A DNA stretch of 64,000 nt, taken from positions 608,001 through 672,000 of the forward strand of contig CAVXWP010000001.1 of NCBI GenBank assembly GCA_963765495.1, in the 5' to 3' direction. Of the stretch, positions 54,093 through 63,915 are shown piece after piece; the stretch's first letter is position 1; every line of letters begins with the position of its first letter. The translations under genes and the position numbers were made by a program. The notes below the pieces were generated by a model. That model was not told the origin of the DNA and made no database searches. It worked only from the letters and a program-made list of their open reading frames with translations. This DNA comes from Blastocatellia bacterium (GTDB lineage: Bacteria; Acidobacteriota; Blastocatellia; UBA7656).

Positions 54093-57000
54093 CTAGCGGT
54101 CTGATCTGGCCAATCTGTTATCTTCTATTTCTTCTTCTTCTTTCTCCTGGGCTATGCCTTCGCGCAAGGCGTCGAATGCGGGCAGTCGCGCGATTTCGGG
54201 CATGGGCGAACCTGCGCCCCGTACAGAAAACCAGATGATCTCGTTCAACACGCGCGGGTCGGCCATGTCGGCGTGCGTCAAATCCTGCTCGTCGGTGCGC
54301 CTCATCCAGTAGGCCGATGTCTGATCGCGCGATGACTGCACCATCAAATTGTTCATAGCCACTTCGGGCAACATCGCTTTGTAGGGGCGCAGGTCGGTTT
54401 GCTTCTGAAAAATATCTATAGGCACGGCCGCCGCATCAAGCTGGTTCATAGGCTCAAGACCGAGCAACATCTCAATCGTGCGAATCAGGCTGACCGTGGT
54501 GTGAAACTCGTGAACGAGCGCGCCCGGACGGTTGTATGCGCTGATGACGAGCGCGGGCGAACGATGCGCGTCTACGTGATCCGGCCCATCCTGCGCGTCA
54601 TCTTCGACTATGAAGATGGCCGTATCTTTCCAGTAAGGGCTGTTGGATACGGCTTCGATCAGGCGACCGACTGCGTAATCATTCTCCGCGACATAAAATT
54701 GCGGCGTAGGATTTCCCACCCTCAACCCGGTTGTGTGGTTGCTTGGGAAACGCAACATGGAGAAGTTCGGCAATCGATCCGGTCGCCCGGCTTCAATATC
54801 GGCCACATAGGTGCGAAACTCTTCAAGCCATTCTCCGAGCCGCGACGAACCTCGAAATCTTTCGTCCGGGTTTGAAGGCATTATGACGGGTTCGATCTGC
54901 GCGCCCGCTTCTTTCGCCGCGCGATAAGATTCCACGGTCATCGAATCCACCGTGTTCAGATCGAAGCTGCGAAATGTCGGGCTGTGATGTCCTTCGAGCG
55001 ATTTCTTTGTGGGGAATGCCTTCACGGTTGGCGAAATATCCGGGTAAGGCTTCGACTTTCTCTTATTGATCGCTTCAACATCGGCTTCGGAAATCGTCCC
55101 TATAAACTCGCCGTAATTTCGATAGCTGAGACCGGCTCGCGCCACCGCGTCCCAGAGGTAAAGCGTTTCCGGCTCCGCGACATCGCGCGAGCCTTTCAGA
55201 TAAGGCACGAATCGTTGCATGTATCCGGCTACGTCACCTGCATCGACGGGAAGGCGAAAGACCGGAGGCAGGGAACCGGGCGGTTCGTAGCTCGGCAGGC
55301 GATTGAAGCCCTCGTAATCGTATGTGCGGCCCCGCCCCGAATAATCCCAGCGATAGGCTTTGTCAACGTAATCGCTTGAGAAGGCCGCCGTTGACCAGTT
55401 GTGCCCGTCGGGGCTTGCCTCGGCGTTGACAAAGAAGCGATCAAACAATCCGAAGCGCAGGGCCAGCGCCCGATGATTGGGCGTTATGTTTTGACTTGCG
55501 CCGCCCGAAAGACGAGCCGCCTCGCCCGCGCCGAAGATGGCAATCTGCGGGTCGCCGTCGGCCGGAGCCCCGTTGCCCGCTCGTTCCAGATCGCCGAAGA
55601 TTTGATCATAGGTCCGATTCTCTTTTATCACATAGATAACATGTTTGATCGGCGACGGCCCGGCAAATAACGCCGCGCGGCGCTCGCCCACAAGACCGTT
55701 GTTGCGCATCACCTGTTGAGTGTAATCGGAAAGTTGCTTCTCGCCGGGTTCGGCCAGCCAGCTTATGTTGCCCGATATGAGAGAGAGGATGTATTGCCCC
55801 TCTCCGTTTCGCTCTCGGCTCGAGGGGAAGCGGTCGTTTGATGTGTTGGGCGAGAAGCCCGAATTGTTTGCCACTACGGATGAATTCTCGAACCCCGTCC
55901 CTTTGCCGTTGCCTATAAGGACGCGCCCCGCCGCCACGGCGACCGCTGACGGATACTGCCCCGTAGGAATGAACCCGCGCACCCGGCTTCGTTCCCAGTT
56001 TTGATTATCTCGTTCTTCACGTTCTTCACGTTCTTTTCGCCCAGGCTTTTCTTCGCCGCGTGCTTCTTCTGAGAGAGCCACAACCGCCACCGAATTGCTG
56101 TGAGCGTTTGCAACATAAAGCGTAGCTCCGTCGGCGCTCAAGGCGAGGCTTTCGGGGCTCACGCCGAGCGGTGTACCCTCTTTCAACTTAACGCTTATGC
56201 GCTCGATTTCCCGATCATTTTCGGTCTCTATTACCGAGACGCTGTCGGCATCGGAGTTCACGACGTAGAGCCGCGAGCGCGACTTATTCAAAATCATTGC
56301 GGTCGGATGTCGCTCTACCGCGATGAAAGAAGCGGGTCGCTCGGGTCTCTGCGGATCGACTACGGCGATCGAGGCGTCGTTCCAGCAAGAGACATAAACT
56401 TTAGCGACTTTGGCCGTTTGCGCGTTGTCGGGTGAGGCGAGCGCGACCACTCCATAAGGGTAGATAAATTGATCGGCGTTGTTGTGGTGCAGGTCTACGC
56501 GGGTGATCATTCGCTGGTCGCGCAGGTTGCTGATAATGCCCAGATTATCGCCCAGGTTGTTGGCTACATAAAGCGTCTCTCCGTCGGGGCTGATGGCAAG
56601 CCCCGTCGGATAGACCGCCGCGCGGTTATCGTTGTAATTGGGCGAAGGCGCGGCAGTAGCAAACGCGCTGACATCAATAAAGGGCGCTTCAACCCGGGTA
56701 TCGGGTCCGGGCGATGTGGGCATTATCGGCACGCTTGCTTCGGGTCGGAAGCGAAACATCCATATCTTGTTTTCGAATCCGCCCGAAGCGTAGAGCGTAT
56801 AGGTTCCATCACTTTCGGGTTGAGGCGAAAAGACGAGACCGACGTTGACGCTCTGCGGCGAAGGGAAGTAGATGTTTTGAATGACCGCAGGCGCAGGTTT
56901 CCGGTTTAGATCAATCACGGCGAGTGACTGGTTGGCGCGATTTTCACCCGCGTTGAATTGAATGCCAAACCCGGAATTGACGGCGATCAGGTAGCGCCCC

Positions 57001-57242
57001 GCCTTGTCGGGTCCAAGTGTGTCGGGGCTGCGCACGAAATCTACGGGGAGCGCGCCGACCGCCGCCTGCCGGGTACTGACATCTAAAACGAGCGAGCCTG
57101 CGGGTGTGAGTGGACGTCCCTGAATCGCGGGGTTATTTTGGATTTTTATGTCCGCAGAAGAAGCGAGCAAGCCTGCTGTCGCAAAAGACAGTATGGCTGC
57201 AAGGGCGACTGCCTGTGCGAGCCGCGAGCGGGAAGAGATCAT
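54093..57242 (-). CDS. Secreted YVTN/YncE beta-propeller plus phosphoesterase (alkaline phosphatase superfamily) protein
   Basis: PxGLAISPDG.TLYVAN repeats; IKENRTYD, SPDGHNW, EDDAQDGPDHVDAHR; AAGGAGG RBS. Confidence 0.93.
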   Translation of the reverse strand: MISSRSRLAQAVALAAILSFATAGLLASSADIKIQNNPAIQGRPLTPAGSLVLDVSTRQAAVGALPVDFVRSPDTLGPDKAGRYLIAVNSGFGIQFNAGENRANQSLAVIDLNRKPAPAVIQNIYFPSPQSVNVGLVFSPQPESDGTYTLYASGGFENKIWMFRFRPEASVPIMPTSPGPDTRVEAPFIDVSAFATAAPSPNYNDNRAAVYPTGLAISPDGETLYVANNLGDNLGIISNLRDQRMITRVDLHHNNADQFIYPYGVVALASPDNAQTAKVAKVYVSCWNDASIAVVDPQRPERPASFIAVERHPTAMILNKSRSRLYVVNSDADSVSVIETENDREIERISVKLKEGTPLGVSPESLALSADGATLYVANAHSNSVAVVALSEEARGEEKPGRKEREEREERDNQNWERSRVRGFIPTGQYPSAVAVAAGRVLIGNGKGTGFENSSVVANNSGFSPNTSNDRFPSSRERNGEGQYILSLISGNISWLAEPGEKQLSDYTQQVMRNNGLVGERRAALFAGPSPIKHVIYVIKENRTYDQIFGDLERAGNGAPADGDPQIAIFGAGEAARLSGGASQNITPNHRALALRFGLFDRFFVNAEASPDGHNWSTAAFSSDYVDKAYRWDYSGRGRTYDYEGFNRLPSYEPPGSLPPVFRLPVDAGDVAGYMQRFVPYLKGSRDVAEPETLYLWDAVARAGLSYRNYGEFIGTISEADVEAINKRKSKPYPDISPTVKAFPTKKSLEGHHSPTFRSFDLNTVDSMTVESYRAAKEAGAQIEPVIMPSNPDERFRGSSRLGEWLEEFRTYVADIEAGRPDRLPNFSMLRFPSNHTTGLRVGNPTPQFYVAENDYAVGRLIEAVSNSPYWKDTAIFIVEDDAQDGPDHVDAHRSPALVISAYNRPGALVHEFHTTVSLIRTIEMLLGLEPMNQLDAAAVPIDIFQKQTDLRPYKAMLPEVAMNNLMVQSSRDQTSAYWMRRTDEQDLTHADMADPRVLNEIIWFSVRGAGSPMPEIARLPAFDALREGIAQEKEEEEIEDNRLARSDR

Positions 57243-57430
57243 AAATGAGCCTCCTTATAAAGAGCCTTGATGCCGAAAACCTTAGCATCAATCCTCGTTT
57301 CATACTACCTGATCTCTTCGTCCTCGATTTAACGGAGTGTTAAATCCTCGTTTTACGAAACCGTTTACTTCAGAGAGCAATGTACTCATTCGGGTTGCCC
57401 CTACAGGCTACATTGATTTGAAAACCGCTA

Positions 57431-57475
57431 TAGATCAAATAGGGACTGATCCGCGTAAATCCGCCCGATCCGCGT
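57431..57475. repeat. Half copy of the (CGGAT)-rich REP
   Basis: TAGATCAAATAGGGACTGATCCGCGTAAATCCGCCCGATCCGCG nearly matches 15702-15746. Confidence 0.75.
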
Positions 57476-57550
57476 GTGGTAGCAGCATTGAGCCGGGCCG
57501 CTTGCCTTCGGGCACGTTGGCCCGGCTATTTGTGCACTCATCTTTACAAT

Positions 57551-57618
57551 GCGCGAACGGCAGTGATGGGGCGGTAAGCAACTTGCGTCGCGCGCTCCGG
57601 TGCGACCGCCAGTTGGGT
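57551..57618 (-). other. Truncated attC-like site downstream of the low-GC gene
   Basis: Minus strand ACCCAAC (RYYYAAC)-TGGCG-GTCGCAC-CGGAGCGCGCGA...TTCGCGC; distal arm missing. Confidence 0.4.
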
Positions 57619-57660
57619 CTGGCGTAGCTGACAAAACGCAACTTCGCCAGGTATAGAATT

Positions 57661-58296
57661 TCATTGTGAGGAATTCCTTCTTTGTGGCTTTCCAATTAAG
57701 CGAAGACTCTCACCGCTTAAATGATATTCCAGCGGCACGATATATTTCGGCGAGGCATGCGGGCCATCTGCAAACACTTCAATTTCGAGGTTGCCACTTC
57801 TTATCTTTAAGTCGTTACCAGTAACGCCCCAATAAGTTTCAGTATCAGGATAATAGTGGCGATAATCCCTCTCCATGTCCTTGTCGCTGATCTCTGCAAG
57901 TAATGTTGTGCGGCCATCTTTGATTGTGTAGATATAGACTTCCGAGAGACTGAAGTTGGCCATCATTGCACCACAGCCAATAGGTACGATTGCGTCTTCA
58001 CGCCCATCGCCCGTCACATCGCCGTAAATAACCAAATTATCTTGAACAGCGAAATAGACATTCTTATTCTTGAACTCGCCTTTACGCACGCGAACTGTCT
58101 TGCCGATACCCTTTTTGCCAAATTCCTGCGAGCATAGAGAGGAAGGATAGGTGAAGTTGAGGAAATCAACTTGCCGAATATCGGTTATGGTGTCTGCGCC
58201 TGGTGTTGAGTCTGGTCGTTTACTACTCGACTGAGCAACACCGCTTGTAGCACACAGCAAAATTATCGTCAGGCACGAAATCATTTCTCTTCTCAT
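57661..58296 (-). CDS. Secreted hypothetical protein (possible gene-cassette cargo)
   Basis: AAGGAG RBS, signal peptide, IRQVDFLNFTYP, YGDVTGDGREDA; visibly lower GC than neighbours. Confidence 0.8.
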   Translation of the reverse strand: MRREMISCLTIILLCATSGVAQSSSKRPDSTPGADTITDIRQVDFLNFTYPSSLCSQEFGKKGIGKTVRVRKGEFKNKNVYFAVQDNLVIYGDVTGDGREDAIVPIGCGAMMANFSLSEVYIYTIKDGRTTLLAEISDKDMERDYRHYYPDTETYWGVTGNDLKIRSGNLEIEVFADGPHASPKYIVPLEYHLSGESLRLIGKPQRRNSSQ

Positions 58297-58329
58297 CTTT
58301 CGTCTCCTTCTGTTTAGGATCGGGTAAGC

Positions 58330-58408
58330 GCCCAGCGACGGAGGTAACTGGCGCGCCGAGGGATAATGAGTAGCTGGTATGCGCGTCCGGTTGATCGACC
58401 TGTCAGGC
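58330..58408 (-). other. Degenerate attC-like site upstream of the low-GC gene
   Basis: Minus strand GCCTGAC-AGGTC-GATCAACCGGACGCGC ... GCGCGCCAGTTACC-TCCGTC-GCTGGGC: imperfect palindrome with two unpaired bases; R boxes each one change from consensus. Confidence 0.5.
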
Positions 58409-58573
58409 GCGTTCCCGTTTGTCGGTTCGTTAGAGTTGGTCCCTGCCGCCCTACAAATCGAGTACTCGCCTCTTCCCATAAACACACTGTGGTACTCCCC
58501 TATTGTCAGGACAACAATAGTCGTTCTTGCCGGAAGCCGTGGGACACCAGCGTCCCGGAAAAAGGGGGCAGAG

Positions 58574-59182
58574 TCAATTCACCTTTTTGATGCTCTTGAC
58601 GAATGCCGCTAGTTCCTTTTGGTGCTCTTCGTAAGCACCGGGCGCGGCGAAGCTCAGGGCAATCACCGGTTTCTTGGCTTCGATCAAGACGGCGCTCCAT
58701 TCAATTGCCACGCCGTCAACTTCGCCGGTGCCGTTGACGCTGTAGACTGTCAGGCCGTTGAGCATACCTTTCTGCGGCTCGCCGCTTGGCTTCATATTTT
58801 TCATTATCTTGTCGAACTCTTCGTCGAGGGCATTGAGCGATTCCTTGACTGTGTCTTCCTCTGTCACCCAGAAGATGACGCTGAGAGTGCCGTCGGCCGA
58901 GGTGAGCGTCATCATATCGCCATCCGCTTCGGCTTCCCACGACGGCGGCGCTTCAAACTGCAAGCCGCTTGCGGCGTGCGTGTAGAGGTGGTCGCCACTT
59001 TCGGTTGACACCGGTTGCGGATGGGCCTTAGCAGCGGCGGGTGCGGGGCTCATGGCTGGCGCGAGATTGGCGCTGGCCGTATTGGCAGTTGTAGTGTTGC
59101 TAGGCTTGGGCCCTTCTTTCTTGCGCGCGCCCGTGCTCAGCGCAAACATCGTGAGGATTACTATAAGCTTTATTTTCTTCAT
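58574..59182 (-). CDS. Exported/lipoprotein-like hypothetical protein
   Basis: MKKIKLIVILTMFALSTG signal, Ala/Pro linker, PsbP-like pattern GLQFEAPPSW; GGAG RBS. Confidence 0.78.
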   Translation of the reverse strand: MKKIKLIVILTMFALSTGARKKEGPKPSNTTTANTASANLAPAMSPAPAAAKAHPQPVSTESGDHLYTHAASGLQFEAPPSWEAEADGDMMTLTSADGTLSVIFWVTEEDTVKESLNALDEEFDKIMKNMKPSGEPQKGMLNGLTVYSVNGTGEVDGVAIEWSAVLIEAKKPVIALSFAAPGAYEEHQKELAAFVKSIKKVN

Positions 59183-59581
59183 GGTTTCTTTGTCTCCCTT
59201 GTGTTTTTTGATGAGATTCATGCATTCCAACCAGCTCAAGCAAAATCAGGAGTTTTGCCATCTCGTGTTTTGTGATCTCATGAACTAAGGGGTAATTGGC
59301 GGGCAAATGTGTTCAAGACAGGAATAATATTTTTTTGATGTGGGAGTATTCAGGGTACTCTACACGCGTTGGCACTACAACCACAGCGCCCGCGCGTCTG
59401 AGAGACTCCTGACAGCGAATCTGAGAGGGGCTGAGTCGTCCACCTTTGCCCCTCCTCGTCTCGACCGCGAGCAGCCTGCCGGTACCAGGGAGGCACCACG
59501 TTACATCGGGCCATCCATCCGTGGGAACCGCGCGCGCTGCGATCTCTCCGCTATCGTCACCGCCTATTCCACAATCTTAAC

Positions 59582-61573
59582 TCACAACCCCGGACGGCTG
59601 GCGCGCTTCTCGTCGGATTGCTTCTTCACCACCGTGATCTTGAGTTCTGACGGATACTGCTTTGAGTGATGGACGACGTTATGCGCGACGATGCCTCGTG
59701 TTTCGTCGTAGTTCTTCCCGCCCGTGTTCATGTTGCGATCAAAGCGCGGGAAGTTGCTGCTCGATACCTCCAGTCGAATCTGATGCCCCGCCTCGAAATA
59801 ATTACTCGTCGTCATCGGCTGCAACGTCACCTTGTACACCTTCCCTGCCTCCATCCACACAGGAGGTTTATCGTACCCATCGCGATATCTCAGCCGCTGT
59901 ATAGTCTCGTCCAGATTGTAGGCCCGCCCGTCTGGATACACGTCTATCAGCTTCACTGTGATGTCCGTGTCCTTCGCATCCGACGATACATAAAGCGTCA
60001 CCTCGATTGGACCGCTCACCTCGACTCCCTCCTTCAGAGGCTCAGTGCTGTAAACCAGAATGTCGGGCCGCTCTTCCATCTTGCGCTGATCGAAAGCACC
60101 GCCCTGCACGGCGGTCCCCGTACAGCAGACATTCCCTCCATATGACATCACCGGATTCATCGGGTCGTAGTCAAATTTATCGGGTTTATCCACGGTTGGG
60201 GCCGTAACGCTCAGCACCCCATCGCCCTTCAGCGTATTCGCCTTCCCGCCGCTCGACAGAAAAAAGCTCATCGGCTGCGCCCCTTCGGGCGGCCACGTAT
60301 CCGACGATTGCCACTTATTGATTCCCATCGTGTAGTAACGCACCTTTGGCATTGTTTCGAGAATGTGGTTGCTCTCTCCTTTGAGGAAATAATCAAACCA
60401 GGCCCAGGTCAACTCGTCATAATTCAGCCGCGCGTCTCCAAGGTTGCGCTCGCCTACGATTGTATTTTCGGTAGCACGTTTGTAGGAACAGTGGAGAGTT
60501 GGCGCGATCACTGCGTACTGCTGGTTGGCGATCTCTGGCCTGGCAGTCTTCCGCACGTGATTGTAGGCAGCAAGGTTTGGCCCTACCGACACGTCGTACC
60601 ACGACATGAACCAGAATCCCGGCACGTTGATTGTCATCTGGTCGTGCCACAACCCTCCCTTGTACCACGCCGGATCGTTTGGCGCGCGCTCGATCATCGC
60701 GCCACCAGTATCAACAGCCATGTGGTCGGCGAAAATGCCATGCGGACCATCCACAGCCTTAATAATATCCTTGACGGGGAGATGCTGTAGCGCCTCAGAC
60801 CAATCGACCCTCGGCAACTGCTGAGCCAGATCGAACGACTTTGATGCGCGAATCAACTCCTCCTGCGATGTATTGGGCGGAAACATCGGCCGTACCTGGT
60901 TCTGCTCTCCGTAGAGCCATGCAATAAACAGCATCTGCACCGCGCCGCCGCGATACCAGTTCCCCTGCTCGAAGTACGGACCCACGCGCCCCACCCCTGC
61001 GCCAAATCCTTGTGGGATCATCGCCGCAAAGGCCGGATTGCCCTGTGCCGCAACCGCCAACTGCCATTCGGCGGTCGAGGAACAGCCAATCGTGCCGACC
61101 TTGCCGTTTGACCACGGCTGATTGGCCATCCACGATATGGCGTCGTCACCGTCGCTCAGCGGTGGGCCCAAAATGTCATAGTTCCCTTCGGAGAAAAAGT
61201 GTCCGCGCTCGTTCATCTCGACAAAGACGTACCCGCGTTTTACCGCTTCGAGTTCTTTGCTCATATCGCGCGGCGCGCCGATGCGAACATCCCAGAAGTT
61301 GAAGTTATATGGGGTTCGGACGAAAATCACGGGATACTTTTTCGATCTGTCTTTGGGGCGATAGACATCCGTCGCCATGCGCTTTCCGTCGCGCATCGCT
61401 ACCATGAGCTTGCGCTCGATAATCGCAACTGACTCCAACTCTTTCTCAAGCTCGTTTCGATGGGCAATCAGTTCCGGGTTCGCGGCTTCTCGCCCCTGTG
61501 CAGAAGCGCTTTGAATTGCTGCGACGAATCCTGCTCCAATAAGTATCAAGACCCAGACTATCTTTATTCGCAT
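59582..61573 (-). CDS. CocE/NonD family serine hydrolase (peptidase S15)
   Basis: [40 protein letters not shown]; signal peptide. Confidence 0.93.
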   Translation of the reverse strand: MRIKIVWVLILIGAGFVAAIQSASAQGREAANPELIAHRNELEKELESVAIIERKLMVAMRDGKRMATDVYRPKDRSKKYPVIFVRTPYNFNFWDVRIGAPRDMSKELEAVKRGYVFVEMNERGHFFSEGNYDILGPPLSDGDDAISWMANQPWSNGKVGTIGCSSTAEWQLAVAAQGNPAFAAMIPQGFGAGVGRVGPYFEQGNWYRGGAVQMLFIAWLYGEQNQVRPMFPPNTSQEELIRASKSFDLAQQLPRVDWSEALQHLPVKDIIKAVDGPHGIFADHMAVDTGGAMIERAPNDPAWYKGGLWHDQMTINVPGFWFMSWYDVSVGPNLAAYNHVRKTARPEIANQQYAVIAPTLHCSYKRATENTIVGERNLGDARLNYDELTWAWFDYFLKGESNHILETMPKVRYYTMGINKWQSSDTWPPEGAQPMSFFLSSGGKANTLKGDGVLSVTAPTVDKPDKFDYDPMNPVMSYGGNVCCTGTAVQGGAFDQRKMEERPDILVYSTEPLKEGVEVSGPIEVTLYVSSDAKDTDITVKLIDVYPDGRAYNLDETIQRLRYRDGYDKPPVWMEAGKVYKVTLQPMTTSNYFEAGHQIRLEVSSSNFPRFDRNMNTGGKNYDETRGIVAHNVVHHSKQYPSELKITVVKKQSDEKRASRPGL

Positions 61574-61827
61574 GCTTATACTCCCTGGAAAGGACGCCGG
61601 ACTGCGCGTCGAATTCATAGTTTATGAGTGACTCACCCCTCTTTCTATCTCACCGCAGCCGTCCACGCAAGCGGATTGGCGAATTTGATGAGCCTGCGAC
61701 AGCCACGTGTCTTCAAACATCTGAACATACCTCAAATGCTGCTTCGCTCGATCTTATTCCATCAAAAATGCTCGCGGAAAGTGGTTAGGTGCTGGTAAAC
61801 TGGGGGCCGGTTCGCGAGATTTCTGAT

Positions 61828-61889
61828 AGATCGCAATACATCGGGCCTTATACATCGGGCCTTTGTGTAATGCGAATGTATTGCGATCT
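61828..61889. promoter_or_regulatory. Inverted plus tandem repeat in the divergent promoter region
   Basis: AGATCGCAATACAT (61828-61841)/ATGTATTGCGATCT (61876-61889), overlapping ATACATCGGGCCTT x2 (61836-61863). Confidence 0.5.
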
Positions 61890-61923
61890 GTGAAACCATT
61901 CCACACGCAACGAAAGGTACATC

Positions 61924-63501
61924 ATGCGAAGCTCCTTGCTCGTCTGTCTTATCCTTGTATTGACCTTCTCACCCGTCCTTGCCCAACAGCACGGACGGCA
62001 ATACTCCAAAGCGTCTACCCCTTCGACCGATGGCTCTCGGGCTCTGCCCCGCAGTTCTCCCGAGCGTCAGGGAATCTCATCATCGGCCATTCTGGCGTTT
62101 GTCGAAACCGCAGACAGAGAGATCGACGCGATGAACAGCTTTATGCTGGTGCGGCACGGGCAGGTCGTCGCGGAGGGGTGGTGGGGACCCTATGACGCGA
62201 AGACCCCGCACATCCTGTACTCATTAAGCAAGAGCTTCACCTCAACGGCCGTCGGGCTTGCAATCGCGGAAGGGAAATTAAGCCTCGATGACGAGGTGTT
62301 GAAGTTCTTCCCCGAAGATGCTCCGGCCGAGCCTTCGGCCAATCTCAAGGCTATGCGGGTGCGTGATCTGTTGCGAATGGCCACGGGAAACCAGACGGAA
62401 GCCCAGATAAGGCAGGCCGAACCGGGATCAAAGGATGAACCGTGGACGAAGAGGTTTCTGGCGCACCCGGTACCGTTCAAGCCGGGTACACACTTTCTCT
62501 ATAACTCGCCTGGCACGTATATGCTATCGGCCATCGTACAAAAGGTGACCGGCATGACGGTGCTTGACTATCTCCGTCCGAGGCTTTTTGAGCCGCTGGG
62601 CTTCGAAAATCCAACCTGGGTGACGAGCCCGCAGGGGATTTCGGCGGGCGCCTACGGTCTGTCGGTGCGCACGGAGGAAATAGCACGCTTTGGACAGTTG
62701 TACCTCCAGAAAGGCATGTGGAAGGGTCGGCAACTCATACCCGCAGCGTGGGTCGAGGAAGCGACCGCGCGGCAGACTTCGAACGGTTCTTCTCCCAAAA
62801 GCGATTGGGATCAGGGCTATGGTTACCAGTTCTGGCGCTCGCGTCACAACACTTATCGAGGCGACGGGGCATTCGGGCAGTACTGCATCGTCATTCCTGA
62901 CCTTGACGCCGTTGTGGCGATCACAAGCGGCGTGCGCGACATGCAGTCTGTGATGAACCTGGTCTGGGATATGCTTCTTCCGGCGATGAAGCCGAATCCC
63001 CTGGCGGAAGATGAGGCAGCCCGCCGGAGACTTGAGGCGAAGCTCGCAGGTTTGACGGTTCGTCTCCCTTCGGGCCAGCCCACTGTACCGCTCGCCGCGC
63101 AGGTATCACGGAAGTGGTATGAGTTTTCCGAAAACGACCGTGGCATCCAGGCGATGGCGTTCGATTTCAACTCGGGTACGCCTGCGCTCATGGTTCGCAC
63201 GTCCGAGGGGGAAACGCGGACCCTGATCGGGGTCGGGTCCTGGACGAAAAACCGTGAGGGCTTCGCAAACGGTCTCGACCGATTCCTGAGCGTGCCGACC
63301 CACCCCGAGGTCGCCGCAAGCGGGGCCTGGACGGCAGGGGATACCTTCACCGTCAAACTGGTTCTGGACGAGACGCCGTTTTATTCTATGCTGACGTTTC
63401 GATTCGACGGCGACCGGCTCCTGCTCGATGCGGAACACAATGTCGCGTTCGGCCCTACGAAACTGCCGCAACTGATCGGGCAGGCAGCCTCGATCAGGTA
63501 A
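61924..63501 (+). CDS. Secreted serine hydrolase, beta-lactamase/class C-like family
   Basis: SLSK (SxxK), YNS (YxN-like), YGYQFW, RGDGAFGQ. Confidence 0.93.
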   Translation: MRSSLLVCLILVLTFSPVLAQQHGRQYSKASTPSTDGSRALPRSSPERQGISSSAILAFVETADREIDAMNSFMLVRHGQVVAEGWWGPYDAKTPHILYSLSKSFTSTAVGLAIAEGKLSLDDEVLKFFPEDAPAEPSANLKAMRVRDLLRMATGNQTEAQIRQAEPGSKDEPWTKRFLAHPVPFKPGTHFLYNSPGTYMLSAIVQKVTGMTVLDYLRPRLFEPLGFENPTWVTSPQGISAGAYGLSVRTEEIARFGQLYLQKGMWKGRQLIPAAWVEEATARQTSNGSSPKSDWDQGYGYQFWRSRHNTYRGDGAFGQYCIVIPDLDAVVAITSGVRDMQSVMNLVWDMLLPAMKPNPLAEDEAARRRLEAKLAGLTVRLPSGQPTVPLAAQVSRKWYEFSENDRGIQAMAFDFNSGTPALMVRTSEGETRTLIGVGSWTKNREGFANGLDRFLSVPTHPEVAASGAWTAGDTFTVKLVLDETPFYSMLTFRFDGDRLLLDAEHNVAFGPTKLPQLIGQAASIR

Positions 63502-63546
63502 AGGGTTCAACCGGCGTAACTGGGCAGGCGCGTACGCAAAGCTCGC

Positions 63547-63628
63547 CGGGGCCGTTTAGTTTTGATCCGCGTTCGTCCTGGCCTATTCCCATTTTCCTAT
63601 CCTAAATGTTGGGAACTGAATAGCCCCG
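63547..63628. mobile_element. Short degenerate MITE-like copy
   Basis: CGGGGCCGTTTAGTT ... AACTGAATAGCCCCG (12/15); interior GGCCTATTCCCATTTTCC matches the other copies. Confidence 0.55.
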
Positions 63629-63667
63629 AAGCCCGTAAGAAATTTTTGTTAAGTTTTTAAGAAGTAC

Positions 63668-63697
63668 TTGACTCTGCTCGCCGCCGAATGCTATACG
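63668..63697 (+). promoter_or_regulatory. Candidate sigma-70 promoter for the leader and downstream operon
   Basis: TTGACT-18 bp-TATACG with an extended TGn; the -10 element is imperfect. Confidence 0.5.
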
Positions 63698-63708
63698 TTG
63701 ATTGTCGT

Positions 63709-63825
63709 ATGGAAGACTATAGGCTTATGAACCGAATGCTTTGTGGTATCTGTTGCATCTGTTGTTGCGCGCCAAAGGCGCGCAGGCTGAAGCCTATAGT
63801 GGAGGTATGCTATCGTAAAAACTGA
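63709..63825 (+). CDS. Cysteine-rich attenuator leader peptide MEDYRLMNRMLCGICCICCCAPKARRLKPIVEVCYRKN
   Basis: Hand translation; 6 Cys codons in 9 positions (63742-63768); alternative in-frame ATGs at 63727 and 63736; too short for the ORF track. Confidence 0.8.
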   Translation: MEDYRLMNRMLCGICCICCCAPKARRLKPIVEVCYRKN

Positions 63826-63857
63826 GTAATAGACTCAGATTATAGAGTTACCCAAAA

Positions 63858-63897
63858 CCCACTATTGGCTTTAGCCGATGGTGGGTTTTTCGTTTTT
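63858..63897 (+). terminator. Intrinsic terminator (attenuator 3:4 helix) in the 5' leader
   Basis: CCCACTATTGGC-TTTA-GCCGATGGTGGG followed by TTTTTCGTTTTT, ending 18 nt before the downstream ATG. Confidence 0.88.
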
Positions 63898-63915
63898 GCG
63901 GATGTAAACGATACG

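Noticed and set aside
59340-59580. GC-rich non-coding stretch as a possible ncRNA or riboswitch
   Set aside because: No recognisable family motif or convincing long-range pairing by eye; an Rfam scan would be needed.
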